Shown: positions 35,454-47,363 of the stretch, piece after piece
Layout of the letters: each line of letters opens with the position of its first letter
How positions within the stretch are numbered: the first letter of the stretch is position 1
Assembly (NCBI GenBank): GCA_025594325.1
Contig: JANHCV010000001.1
Location: 1,178,001 to 1,242,000, forward strand
Length of the DNA: 64,000 nt
Direction of reading: 5' to 3'
Source: Blastocladiella emersonii ATCC 22665
Lineage: Eukaryota > Fungi > Blastocladiomycota
Translations under genes and position numbers: made by a program
Notes under the pieces: generated by a model
What the model was told of the DNA's origin: nothing
The model's input: only the letters and a program-made list of their open reading frames with translations
The model's database searches: none

Positions 35454-37440
35454 TCATGGCAAGTAGACGAAATTCCGAGGTAGGCCGGAGACGTGGCGGT
35501 TAGTGATCTGACTGTTGATTCTTGATAAGCTCAGAGCGGAGGCACTCGATGAGCAGCGTTTCCAGCTCCTCCTTCGTTACGGTCTAGATAGGACGCGGGG
35601 TTAATACACACGGTCGTTACTCGACGACACGCGGACGTACCCGTTCTTGCTGCTTGAGCTCCTCGAGTTCCTTTTCCAGCGCGCGGAGCTTGGCCATCTC
35701 CGCCTCGAGCGCCGTACCCGACCGCTCGGGCTGCGTTCCAGCGCGACTCGCCACTACCGATCGCTCGGAAGGCGCGAGACTCGGAAGCGACGGAACGTTC
35801 GACGGCGTCGGCGAGGCCCAGCCGGACACGGGAAGCGACCAGGCCGCGATCTTGGACTGCCACTCGTTGGGCGGGACGAGCTCGGTCAGTTTCCTACGAG
35901 TTGGTAGGGTCGTTAGATGCTCATTTACCGTGCAACTCCATCGTGAGCTAAAAGCGCACCGATGAATGTCGTCGAGACGTCGCGAATCGTATTCATCGAG
36001 CGAGTACGCGGTCCGAACCGACACGTCGCTGCGAGGGCCGGGCCGGCTCGAGAGCTTGGCTGTTGCGTCACGCTCACGGCTCTTCGCCTACACGTTCGCG
36101 AGATTCATGGAGTGAGCATTACATTCATTTCTCGCGACTGAGGTGGTTCGAGGACAAGGCAGGGACATTCAACAGCGGCCATCGAGGTCCAGCTTTCAAA
36201 TGTATTGCGTCGGTGTCATCGCGAACGGGATCATCGGGGGAGCGGAGCGGAAAGAGAGCGAGGGGCGGGGAGGTGACGTAGGGTAGCAGAAGGAGCGGGA
36301 AGGCTGGATCCGGATCGACTTCCACGGTCGAGCCGTATCACTGGTCGGAAGTCGGCGGCGGGTTCGCGAGGTCGCGACTGGCGCGCTCGGCGCGGATCTT
36401 CTGCTCCTCCTCCATCATGGCAAGTACCTGGCCGTAGGGCATGTCCGTGTCGAGGCCGTCGTCGCTCGAGTCGTCACCATCGTCGGCGCCCGAGCCCGCC
36501 ACGTCCTCGTCGCTGTCGTCCTGCATGATCTGGTCGACGCGGTCCTGCTCCTTGGGAGTCAGGGCCGAGTAGTAGCGCGCCTCGGGCCCGAGCTACACGG
36601 AGGCGAAGGTCAGTCGCGATCATGAGCGTAGTCGGCGTGGATGGTGCGCACCTCCTTGTTCCGCGTGATGAAGTTGTTGCTGCCCTGGTCGAAGATGCGC
36701 TGGATGCGAACGAGGTGCTCGATCGACGACGACACCTCGCTGTCCTTGTTGCGCTCGATCTTGGGGCGCGGGATGGGCGGGAACTGGGGCATGCCGTCGT
36801 CGACCTCGGAATCGTCGTCGTCGGAGTCTACACAAGTTGCGCGCACCGTGTGTCAGGTTCGCGGATCTCGTTCGAAGACCAAACGCGGGACCGTACCGGC
36901 CAGGTCGGCACCGGGGAGCTGCGTCAGGAACGCCGTCGACGCGCGGGCCTCCTCGTTCTTGGTCGGGGCCGACTCCTTGGGCGCGAGGCGGTGCATGGAC
37001 GAGGAACTGCCCGTCGGGCGCTTGTCGGCCGCGGTGGCGGCGGGCGCGGCGAGGGCCATGTTGGACCCGCTCGCGCGCTCGAGATCGTGGCGCTTGCGGA
37101 CGAGGTCGTTGAGGTACTTTTGCTTGGCGTTGAACATGTTGTCGAGCTCGCCGATCTCGCCGAGCGCCGACTTGAGCTGGTCGATGGACAGCGACCCGTC
37201 CTTGGTGCGGCCGCCGTCGAGCGGCGTCGTGTCGGCGAGCACGCCGAGGTCGTCGACGAGGCTCTCGTCCGAGCCCGTGCTGGCCATGCGCGTGCCCGCG
37301 GGCGTGGTGGCGTGCTCGGACGTGGCGTGCGGCATGATCTTGATGTGGACGTGGTGCGGCACGTCGACGAGGGTGTCGGTGGAAGAGGTCACGGCGGACT
37401 TTGGCGTCAGTGCGGGAGAAGTCCAGCTTTCCGTTGCCAT
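35454..37440 (-). CDS. FSIP1-like (fibrous sheath-interacting protein 1 family) coiled-coil protein, multi-exon; splicing at 36090-36340 unresolved
   Basis: Exons encode NNFITRNKE|LGPEARYYSALTPKEQDRVDQIM, RRLDDIHR|KLTELVP (66-nt intron with ctaac branch point) and LEKELEELKQQER|TVTKEELETLLIE, resembling FSIP1-family motifs as I recall them. An in-frame TGA lies at 36338-36340. Confidence 0.5.
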
Positions 37441-38143
37441 GGTGAAGAGCGAGAGGGAGAGGAAGCGCGCGCGTCGAGGTCTACACGATGCGGAGACGCG
37501 CGCGAGCACAGCGGCGTGCGAGTCGAGCACTAGTCAGCAACGTCCCGCGGAGTCTCGCTGCGCCGCCACCGAGCCCGATGCCGATGCGCACCGTGAGGGT
37601 GAAGCCACCGGATTGCGAGGCGAGGCGAAACGGCAAGTAGCGCGCTCAAGATTGTCGTTGGCAGGGCAGAGACAGAGCGCGCTCGGTCGGGAGAGAGGAG
37701 GCGGGTGGGGGGTGAGAGGCCGACACGTCACGATGAGGTGTCCTGGGAGAGCGAGCCACCGGTTCGGGAGGCGGGGTGTTGCGGGCTGTTACATACAGTG
37801 CGCGGCGTGCGACACGAGCGAACAAGCACACGAGATGCGTTGTGCGGGTCCGATGCACACAGACCGAGGGCGTGCCGATCGCGAGGCGACGGGCGGGCGG
37901 GTGGGCGGGTGGGCGGGGGGCGTGAGACTTTTCGCACCGGGCGGGCGACGCGACGCGCGACGTGCCGCATCACGTGCGCCGGGTGCGAGACACTGAAACG
38001 CCGCGCACGTGGGCGCGCCGACGCGACTGCGAGACGCGTTTCGTCGCACCGGCCGCCTCCCTCGCGCTGTCAGCAGCACTGCACGAAATCAGTGACCGCA
38101 AAGTGGCACCCATGAAGCGTGATACCACTCCATGCAACGCAGA

Positions 38144-40877
38144 ATGACGGAATCCGGCTCGAACGTGAATCTGGCCCAGGCGCCCTCGCACAGCGCCCGC
38201 GGCGGCGATGCTGGGACTGGCACGAGCATCAGTGGCCATGGTTCTGGCCAGGGTGCCTCGAAGGGCGACGGCGAGTCACAGCTCGACACGCGGGAGCAGC
38301 GTATCCAAGCGCGCCGTGCTCGCATCGATAACACGCGTGCAGCGAATGCCAGCCGTGTGCAGGGTGCGCCAAGGTCCTCGGAGCTCCGCGCTAGACGAGT
38401 GCTGACAGTTGGGATTCTCTAGAGAATGCGACGACTCGGCGGATCAAAAAGGATACGGAGAAGGTCGAGCCGAGCAAGTCGGTGAACCAGATGAAGGAGA
38501 GCAAGGAGCGCATCACCTACGTCAAGGTACGCCCGTGTATCAACTCAAAGCAGCTCATGAAGCTGATCACCTCACTGACACCCGCTTCTCGCATGGTTTC
38601 GTAGCGCAAGGGCGTCGAGGACGTGTCGCAGGTCCGCACCAACGCGATGCAGCGCGAGCAAAAGCGACGAAACGACGAGATGCAGCGCGCCGAGATCCTC
38701 GGCCACAAGGCCAAGAAGACCCAGGAAGCCGGCGACCAGCTCGAGTCGCAGATCACTGACGCGTGGAACAAGTGCATGACCATGTCCAACTCGCTCTCGA
38801 CGCCGCACGAGTTGCACAAGGTATGCGTTGCCCCGACCGACCTTCACGGCTTCGCAGCTGACTCGCGCGTCCGATTTGTAGATGCTCGTCGACCAGCGCA
38901 AGCTGTGCGAGGCCCTGCTCAACGCCAAGGAGAACCTCCTCGTCGAGTACAACGCCGAACTCAAGCGCAAGGACGACGAGTACGTCAAGGAGCTCAAGCG
39001 CCAAGCGGACGAGATCGGTACGCCGTGTTCGCTTTGCGTTCCATGTCCCGCGCAGACTGATGACGCGCCCGTCACGCGAGTCTAGACCAGCTGCTCCAGC
39101 GCATGGACCAGCAGTACGTGGCGTTCAAAAAGTCGCTGCGCGACGAGCTCATCCAGATCGAGCGCGCCTTCATGGAGGAGCGCGGCGAGATGATCGACAA
39201 GAACATCAAGGAGATTGAGGCGCTGTTCCAGTCGCGCAAGGACAGCGAGATGCGGTACCTCGAGGAGCGCAGCAAGCGGATCCAGGACAACGGCGACGCC
39301 CTCGAGGAGCTGCGCGTCCAAGACGCCGAGGAGTACAACCTCGTCAAGATCAAGCTCGAGACCGACGTCCAGGTCCTCGAGCAGCAGCTGCAGCAGATGA
39401 AGGCCACGTACCAGCTCAACACCGAAAAACTCGAGTACAACTACCAGGTGCTCAAGAAGCGCGACGACGAGAACTCGATCACCATCAACCAGCAGAAGCG
39501 CCGCATCACCCGCATGACCGACATCGTCAACAACCTCAAGGCCAAGCTCGCCAAGCAGGAGAAGCTCTTCTCGAGCGAGAACTCGGCGCTGCAGGAGGAC
39601 TTCAACCGCATTTCGTCGCAGTACCAGGAGCTGACCAAGAAGTTCAAGCACTTCCAGGTCAACGACGAGGTCAAGTTCCGCGAGCTCTGGGAAATGAACC
39701 AGGAAAACATCAAGAACCTCGCCGCCAAGGTGCTCATGGCCGACTCGGTCATCCATCAGCAGCAGCTCGGCCTCCCGTGGGAGCCACCGCTCATGGACGC
39801 GCTCGGCACCGGCGCGACCGTCGAGCACGCCGCCGCGACATCCAGTACGCCCGTGCCTGCGGACGGCTCGACCTCGGGCCCGCTCGGCGCATCGGCCAAC
39901 GGCGGCCCAGGTCTAAGCGGCAGCGGCGACGAGGTGCCCATCTCGATGCTGCTCCTCTCGTCCAAGAACTCGGTCGTGCAGTCGATTCTCGGCATGCTGT
40001 CGACCGAGGCGAGCTTCCTGCTCGACGACAAGCTGACGCGGCTGCTCGCGCCGCTCCCGGCGCACGAGCGCGCGCTGCTCAAGCTCGACACGATCCTCAA
40101 GGCGCTCGATGTCGGTTCCGCGTCCGACCTCGTCCTGTTCCTCGAGCTGTTCCTCCAGCCCAAGTTCCACGGCAGCGCGCCGAACCTCGCGGCCGCCGTC
40201 ATGTACAACCAGGAGGAGGTCGACCCGCCCGTCGTCGAGAGCATGCTCATCCACCCGAACCAGGTGACCAAGGTCCTGATGCAGTACATGCGCGAGCGCG
40301 AGCGCCAGGCCAAGCACGGCGCGGCTGCCGCCGGCCACCACCACGCGTCCGCGACGGGTGGGGCCGACGGCAGCGGCGAGGGCGGCGGCAGCGGCAAGGA
40401 GACGCGGCAGCTCGACCGCAAGGAGAGCGACGCGGCCAAGGACGGGCTCAAGGCGCACTGGAACCAGATCATCAGCATGCTCGACGGCAGCCGGTTCAAG
40501 AACTGGGAGACGATCCTGCAGTGCATGGAGGCGTACCACCTGCTCCTGTCCGCGCGCCACGAGCTGACCAACGAGGTACGCGGCCGCCGCCGCCTCGAGT
40601 CGTCGCGGACGCCGAGCTGCTCACGCGTATCGCGCCGTTTGTGTAGGTCGCGGATCTGGAGACGCAGAACGCCGAGCTCAAACACCTCCTGCGCGAGTAC
40701 ATGTCGGCCGATGTGAACAAGAGCCTGCAGATCCCGCCGAGCCAGGTCATTCTCAGCCATATCCAGCACCAGACCCAGCAGAAGCAGCAGCAACAGCAGC
40801 AGCAGAAGGCGCACTACGCGGCGAGCCCAAGCCCAGCGCCGGGCGGCATGGTGGCGAGCAAGGACCAACAGTCGTGA
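38144..40877 (+). CDS. DRC1: Dynein regulatory complex subunit 1 (DRC1/CCDC164), multi-exon
   Basis: REQRIQARRARI N-terminus; LKRKDDEYVKELKRQADEI|DQLLQRM; IKLETDVQVLEQQLQQMKATYQLNTEKLEYNYQVLKKRDDEN; C-terminal QNAELKHLLREYMSADVNKSLQIPP; gtac donor introns. Confidence 0.92.
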
Positions 40878-40914
40878 TCAATTATATACATTGTATGCTA
40901 AGTTGCACGTCGCG

Positions 40915-43900
40915 TCACGGCTGATAGTGGTCGAGGGGCGTGATCTTGTGGCTGCGCATCGTCTGGACAATCTCCCGATTCAGCTTGTCAACCTGCTCGC
41001 GAAGTCCGGGCACGGACACGAACGCGCGAGCCGGTGGTCGGGCAGATACTGGCCTTGGGCTTCGGCGACGCGTCGCGCGGGCGGAAGCGAAGCTGGTTGG
41101 TTCGAAATCCAAGTCCGAGTCGGGATCTGAGTCGGAGTTGGCCGAGTTTGACGACGAAGACGAGGAGGATGCCATCGAGTCACCACGCGCCCACGTCCGC
41201 CGCGGCGCGCTCGTCAGCTCCTCATCGGCGGCGATCTCGGAATGGGCGGTCATGTTCCCGTCGTCGTAGCTGTGCAGCGCGAGCGACTCGACCGCCGTGC
41301 GAGGCGAAGCGTGACGGTGATCCGAATCGAGCAGACTGGCGTGGACGGGCTCTTGTGACGGCGGCAGCGAGCCGACCGAGTCCTGGCTCGCGCGTCGCGA
41401 GGGCCGGCCGAGGACTGGGGTGATCTGAGCGCTGAGTGCGAGGTCGAAGATGGACATGTCAGATGGCATGGGTGGTGGGCTCGAAGCGGGCGGAAGTAGC
41501 GGTTCAGCGAGGGTGTGCAGCAACGGCGACGCTGGAGGAGGCTCTTGGACGGCAGGCGGGAGCCACGAGTGTTCGGGATCCACTAGACAGCGGCGGGCGA
41601 GGAGGTGTGCGTGAGTACAGGTCGATGGTCGCGCACGAGACACAGTAACGTACCTGGTATCGAGTCGGGAGCCGTCAGCGGGCGGTACAGCGTCCCTTCG
41701 GACGCCGTATCCTCGTCGACGCTGTCGCGGCGGGCCGTTGCTGCGCTCGAAGTCGAGGACGAGAGATCCGCGTGTGCGAGAGTCAGGTCGATCTCGTTCG
41801 CCGCGGCCACGTCGCGCTGGTACTCGTACTCTTCAACGGACGGCGGATCGGCGGTGAGCAGGTCGAGCGAGAGCGAGGTGGACGAGGACATGGTCGATGG
41901 CGGGCTCGGCTCGCTCGCGGAAACGGATCGGCCGTGACCGTAACTCGAAGCACCACGAGCGACCGAGCCGTGGTCACACGTCCGCGCAAAATCACGCAGC
42001 GGGGGCGTCGCGGCAGGCGACGGCGTGAGCGAGGCCGCGTCGGGGACCGGGTCGCGCGGCGAGAACCGGACGTGGACCTGGCCGCACGTCTGGCCGCGGT
42101 AGTCGGTGAGGTTGTACCACCCGTCGATCTCGCCGAGCCCGTTGACGAGGGGCGAGATGTCGACCTTGGCGAACGCGATCAGGCGGTCGTCGCTCCCGGG
42201 CAGCGCCGCGGGGCCGCGGACGGACTGCTCAGGCCGCTGCACCGTCTCCCACAGCTTGACGACCACGACTTTCTTGCGCTGGAGGCGGCGCAGCGCAGCG
42301 GGCTCGACCGACTGCGCGACCTCGAATGCGGCGTTCCACGTCGCGTCGGCCGCCGAACCTGCAGCGTCATGGAGATCCGGCTCGGCGCACGGCGTCGTGA
42401 AGGTGCGCTTATCGAGGCCGTTCCCGTCGCCGCTCGCCATGGTCATGACGGACGAGGCGAACGGGTGCACGAGGTGCTCGTCCGTGGACCACACAAACGA
42501 CGCAAGGACCGTGGTCGACAAGGCGCCGCCGTGGCGGAGGAGCGAGAAGCCGCACGCGGCGACGATGGCGGCCTGGATGCGGATCGTCGGGCGCACGGGC
42601 TGCTGCTCGGGCGCGAGTGCGGCGGCAGCGGCGTGCTGCGGCAGTTGCACGCCGCGGAACGGCTCGGCAGGTGAGTCGCGCGCGGTAACCGAAACTGCGA
42701 ACGGGCCAGGCGCAGCGATCGAAGCGGCGAATGCGGCCGAAGGAACAGGCGCGGAAACATCCTGTTCGACCGCGGCGACGCGGGCAACGACCGAGCCCGA
42801 GACGACGAGATTAGAGCCGACCGGCGACTCGGGGGTGAGGACGGGCACGCGGAACGGGCAGCGCTCGGTCCCCTGCCTGCGGTTCACCAGCCGGAGCAGG
42901 GCATGGGCGAGCGAGAACGTGTCGACGACCGCGAGACCGACGGGCTGGACGCCCTCGCCGCCGTCAGCGTCGGCGTGGTTGGACTCGTCGATGCGGAACC
43001 GCAGCTTGCCGTTGAGCGACTCCTGCAACGCCGCCGCGTCGACAGCCATGGTGCCGTTCCAGACGAGCGGCGCGGGGGCAGCGGTAACATCGTCGCTGGA
43101 CTGGTCTCCGAGGAGCGTCCCCGCGTCGAGAGAGACCTGGAACGACCGCCCAATCAGCGCACCCGTGGCTTCCGAGCGCACGTCGGCGAGCAGCTCGATC
43201 TCGATGGAGACGGGCGCGAACGGCGCGAGCGGCTGCGCGACCGTGTCGGTGAAGCACATGTCGAGGTGAACGTGACCGTGCGTGGGCGCGCGCGGGATCG
43301 CGATGCCCGACCCGAACCCGGTGATCCCATGCTCGGGCCCGAGAACCGCGGGCACATGCACGGCGGCCCAGGTATCGCGCAGACCCGTCGAGCGCTTGAC
43401 GAGGCGCGCGAGCTCGATGCGGAACTCGCCGACGAGGAGGTCCGGGATCCGCATGCGGCCTTGCACCGCGCCGTCGTTCTCGTCCTCGTCGGAACCGGCA
43501 AACTGGTGCCAGACGCGCCCGTGGGCGACGGCCTTGGCGGACTCCATCCATCGGAGAAAGTGGTCGTCGAGGTTTTGCAGCGGCACGACGAGCCCCGCCC
43601 CGCCGTCGGTCCAGCTCGGCACCGCCGTATCCCACGCGACCTTGGTGCGCAGCGGCGCCGCGTCGCACCCGACGGCGCGCGCGATCGACCGCGGGAACAG
43701 CTTGATCTCGACGTACAGGTTGAGCGAGCGCGAGTCGAGGAGGTGGCGAAGCGCAGCGTCGAGGTCGGTCGGCAGGGCGGTGGGCGGCGAGAGCTGAGTC
43801 GCAGTGCTGCGCGGCCAGTCGAACGGCGCCGAGTCGTTGAGCGGCTGCGGCGGGCGCATCGCCTGGCCCGACGCGGCGAGCAGCTCACGGGCAACGTGTT

Positions 43901-46428
43901 CGGCGAGCGACCACATCCCGCCGGCCTCGTGCACGGCGACGAGGAGCTCGGCCGATGGAGCGGCGGCATGAGCAACAGGTCGCGGCGGCGATCTGGCCGG
44001 TGCCGGGGTCGCTGCAGTCTCGGTCCGCGCCGGCTCGGGTGGTGGTGGAGCAGCGGCCGCGTTACGGGGCTCGATGCCGACGCTCGCAGTGAGCCACCCG
44101 CGCGAGTCACCCGTGAGCGGGTCGACGACGGGGCAGTCGACGTCGGTGAGGGCGAGCGGGATGAGTTGGGTCCAACCGAGGCTGGCTGACGTGCGAACGA
44201 GCGTCTGCAGGAGCTGGTGCAGCGGGACCTTGACGATCCCGAGCAGCTCGCGCGCAGTGGACGGGTCCGACGACGAGTCGAGCGCCTCGGGCGGCTCGAG
44301 GAAGGTGTCAGCGCGCAGCGGCTGGTCGCGCGTGGCGGCGGGCTTCTGGTCGAGGACGTGGTGCCACGTCGTGCGCGAGGTGTGCGACCAGACCTCGACG
44401 ACGAGCGGCGCGTCGAGCCAGGGCGCGAGGAGGTTGACCGAGGTCGGGACGGCGAAGTGGGCGCCGAAATCGATCGGGCGGACCTGCGCCTGGACCTGCA
44501 CCTGGTCCATGACCAGGCCGGCGGTCTGGTCGACGCGGCGGTGGACCCACGGGATGGGCGTGGTCTCGAGCGGGACGTGGCCGCGCACGACGAGCCCGAG
44601 CCGCTGCACGATCTGCACCTGCATGTTGTGGCTGTGGCGGTCCGCGGGGTACGTCTTGTACGAGGACACGGGGACCGCGAGCGCCGTGAACACGCCGAGA
44701 TCGAGGACCAGCTGGACCGGGAACGGCGGTTCGGGCAGGGTCGGGCGCGGGGACGGTGCCGGCGTCACGAGCGCAGTGTGCGAGCCCTCGGGCGGATCGG
44801 CACCTTTGGCCGAGGGCGAGAAGGACGGCAGCAGCGCAAAGGCGATCTGGACGGTGCCGAGAAACTGCGTGTCCTCGGCGAAGAAGGGGACCTCGGCCGT
44901 CGCGGCGAAGCGGTCTGCGCGCATAATGTCGACGAGGCGGACCGAGCCCTCACCGACCATCTCGACGACGGGGTCAGGTCGAGTGGCGAGACGCGCCATA
45001 CCGCGCCCGAACGTGCGCGTCGGCTTGGCGCAGAGCGCGAGGCGGAGCGACACGGTGCTCTGCATGAAGACCTGCACGACACGGGCATTGAAGTGGACGG
45101 GGAGCGCGTCGAACTTGTTCCACGGCACCGCGAGGCTCGGCACGCCGAGGGCGAGCGCAGCGCCGTCGGCGGATCCTGCTGCTGGCTCGTCGTCGACGAG
45201 CGCGCCATCCTTGGCGACGGAGGCGCGGCGCTGGGCGCGCATCAGCGTGCTGTTGCGCACGTCGAGCGAGAAGGTGCGCTCGCCGAGGTCGCCGGGCATG
45301 TCGAGGCCGAGTTGGACCTGGATCGACTCGGCGAGCGCCGCCGACGAGGTTGGGCCCGGAAGCACGGAGCCCATGCCGGCGTCCTTGCGCAGTCGGACGA
45401 GCGCGGCGGTCGCGATGTGGACCGAGTTGACCTTGACGGACAGGCCGTGCACCTTGGCGAGGTGGGCCAGGTGCGCGGCGTCCATGACCTCGAGCGGCGA
45501 GACGAGCGGCGCGGACGCGGCACCCGGAGGGTCCGAGGCAGATGGTGGTGGCGGTGCGGCCGAGGATGATGGTTTAAGCGGAGAATCTTGAGACGCCGAT
45601 AGTGCAGCAGCGGCAGGTTTTGGTCGAGGGATGCGCGACGGGCCTTGTGGGCGAGCAGCAGCGGCAGCGTCCTTGGATGCGTCCGAGGGCAACGTTGACG
45701 CGGTGCGTGGCCCAAGATTGCCGCGATTTCGCACAAGAAGGCCCATGGTCTCGAGCTCGAGCCCGTGGACGCCGTTGAGAGCCTCGATGAGGGCGTACTC
45801 CTCGAGGTCGAGCTGGTCGGGTGAGTCGACGCCGTCCATGTCGTCGACGAGCAGGCTCGTGAAACTGGTGAGGTCGGCGTCGGTCGAGCTCGCAACGCTG
45901 ATCGAGTCGGCGTCGTCGTCATTTTCGCGCAGCGGCGAGTTGAGCAGGCGGATGCGCTCGCGGGCGCGGGCACGCGCAGCCACCCAGCTCGCCGAGCGAT
46001 CGGTAGCCGGGGCCGTGGGAGGCGAGGTGGGGGCGCTCAGGTCGCTGGCTACACCGGTTACGGGTGCGTCGGTGCACTGGTCGTGACGGCGAAAGACAAC
46101 GAGGGTACGGACATGTGGTGCTCAACCGAGCCTGTCGCCGCAAAGCGACCTCGGCGGGCGGAAGTTCCCGTAGCCGGCTCTTGGCGATGCGGACGCGGGT
46201 GCCGCCGGGCGTGTGCGTGGCGGCGCGCGAGTGCGGGAACGAGGCCGGCGTGCGCCGCGCGGGCGTGGCAAAGGGGTCGACGGCGGCGAGGGGGCGGCCG
46301 GGTGGGGTGGTCGCGTTGGGCCGCGGCGGCGAGAGCGGCTCGAGGTCGGCGTCGAGCGTGACGCCGCGACGGCGGGTCTGACTCCGCGGCGGGGTCATGT
46401 CGGAGGGCGGGATCGATTCATTGTCCAT
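40915..46428 (-). CDS. Multi-C2-domain centriolar protein, C2CD3-like, at least 3 exons
   Basis: 1466-aa central ORF with several C2-like beta-rich blocks (LVVEVWS..LLGIVKVPL; LNLYVEIKLF..RTKV.W; VVVVKLWE..LIAFAKVDISPLVNGLGEIDGWYNLTDYRGQTCGQVHVRFSP). Intron 41583-41651 links to the last exon. Probable first exon from ATG about 46428. Confidence 0.6.
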
Positions 46429-47265
46429 GGCAGTTATTGTTGCATGATGTCGCAGAGGACGAAGCGGGTTGCATGCGATGAAGCGCGGGAGAGGGGGCCT
46501 TCGAGGTCGGCACCGCTCCGCGCTGATCTCAGGGGTCCAGCAAGGCCGTGGAGCTCGCGCACCTCTCCCTGACAACTGACAGCGGCACCCTGAATGAGCG
46601 AGCAACTCGGCCGGACCTCACAACGTCGAGGAAGAATAGCGACACGGCGCGCTCGACACTGAGTGCGCGACCCGCGTCCGAGACCAAATACGCGACGCCC
46701 GCTGCCCAAACACGCCGAACTGCAGCCATGGGTCGTCGCTCGAAGACGAGCCGCGGTCGCCGTCAACGGCAGGCAGTCGAGAACACGCGTCGGAGAATCA
46801 CGTGTGGGCTGCGGGACACGCCGCGAGACAGCCGTCGCGGCGACCGCGAAGCCGCCCCACCTTCGTGCGTCACGGACGAGATCCAACTCAGGCGACGCGA
46901 GCACGCTCACAGGGACTGAGATGGAGCGAGCGAGTGACCATTGCCATCATCGCTGAAGAGGAAGGGAGGGCGAGCGCTGCGGCCGGGAAGCGGCGCGCGA
47001 CGTGCCGCTGCGCGAACGTGGGGACCCCGCTCGCGGCCATGTCCGTGGTCGCCACCGGGCTGATCCGCCTGTGTGGTGGGCAGGTGGGGGCCGGAAATGG
47101 CCACACTTTCTTCGCGCCGAGTGCCGTTGCGTGCCGGAGAAGAGAAGCGGCTGCGGTCGGCGGTCGGCGCCCCCTACCGCCGACCAGTGCGGTGCGTCGC
47201 GTTTCGAGAAGTCGCTGAACGCCCCCCTCGCCTCGTCATCCCGTTCAGCTCGACAGCTCGGCCCC

Positions 47266-47271
47266 TATAAA
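47266..47271 (+). promoter_or_regulatory. Candidate TATA box of the metacaspase-like gene
   Basis: TATAAA in an otherwise GC-rich promoter, about 93 nt upstream of ATG 47364. Confidence 0.4.
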
Positions 47272-47363
47272 GTCGGCCCGCCGCCCGCGTTCCCCTCTCT
47301 CTGCCAGCATCAACCAAGCATCCTTGCGACGTACCAACCCCCTCCCCCATCAACCACTTCATC

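Noticed and set aside
37432-37446. X-box (RFX)-like GTTGCCATGG at the FSIP1-like/DRC1 promoter
   Set aside because: It overlaps the FSIP1-like start codon and is explained by the ATG context; only one half-site matches.
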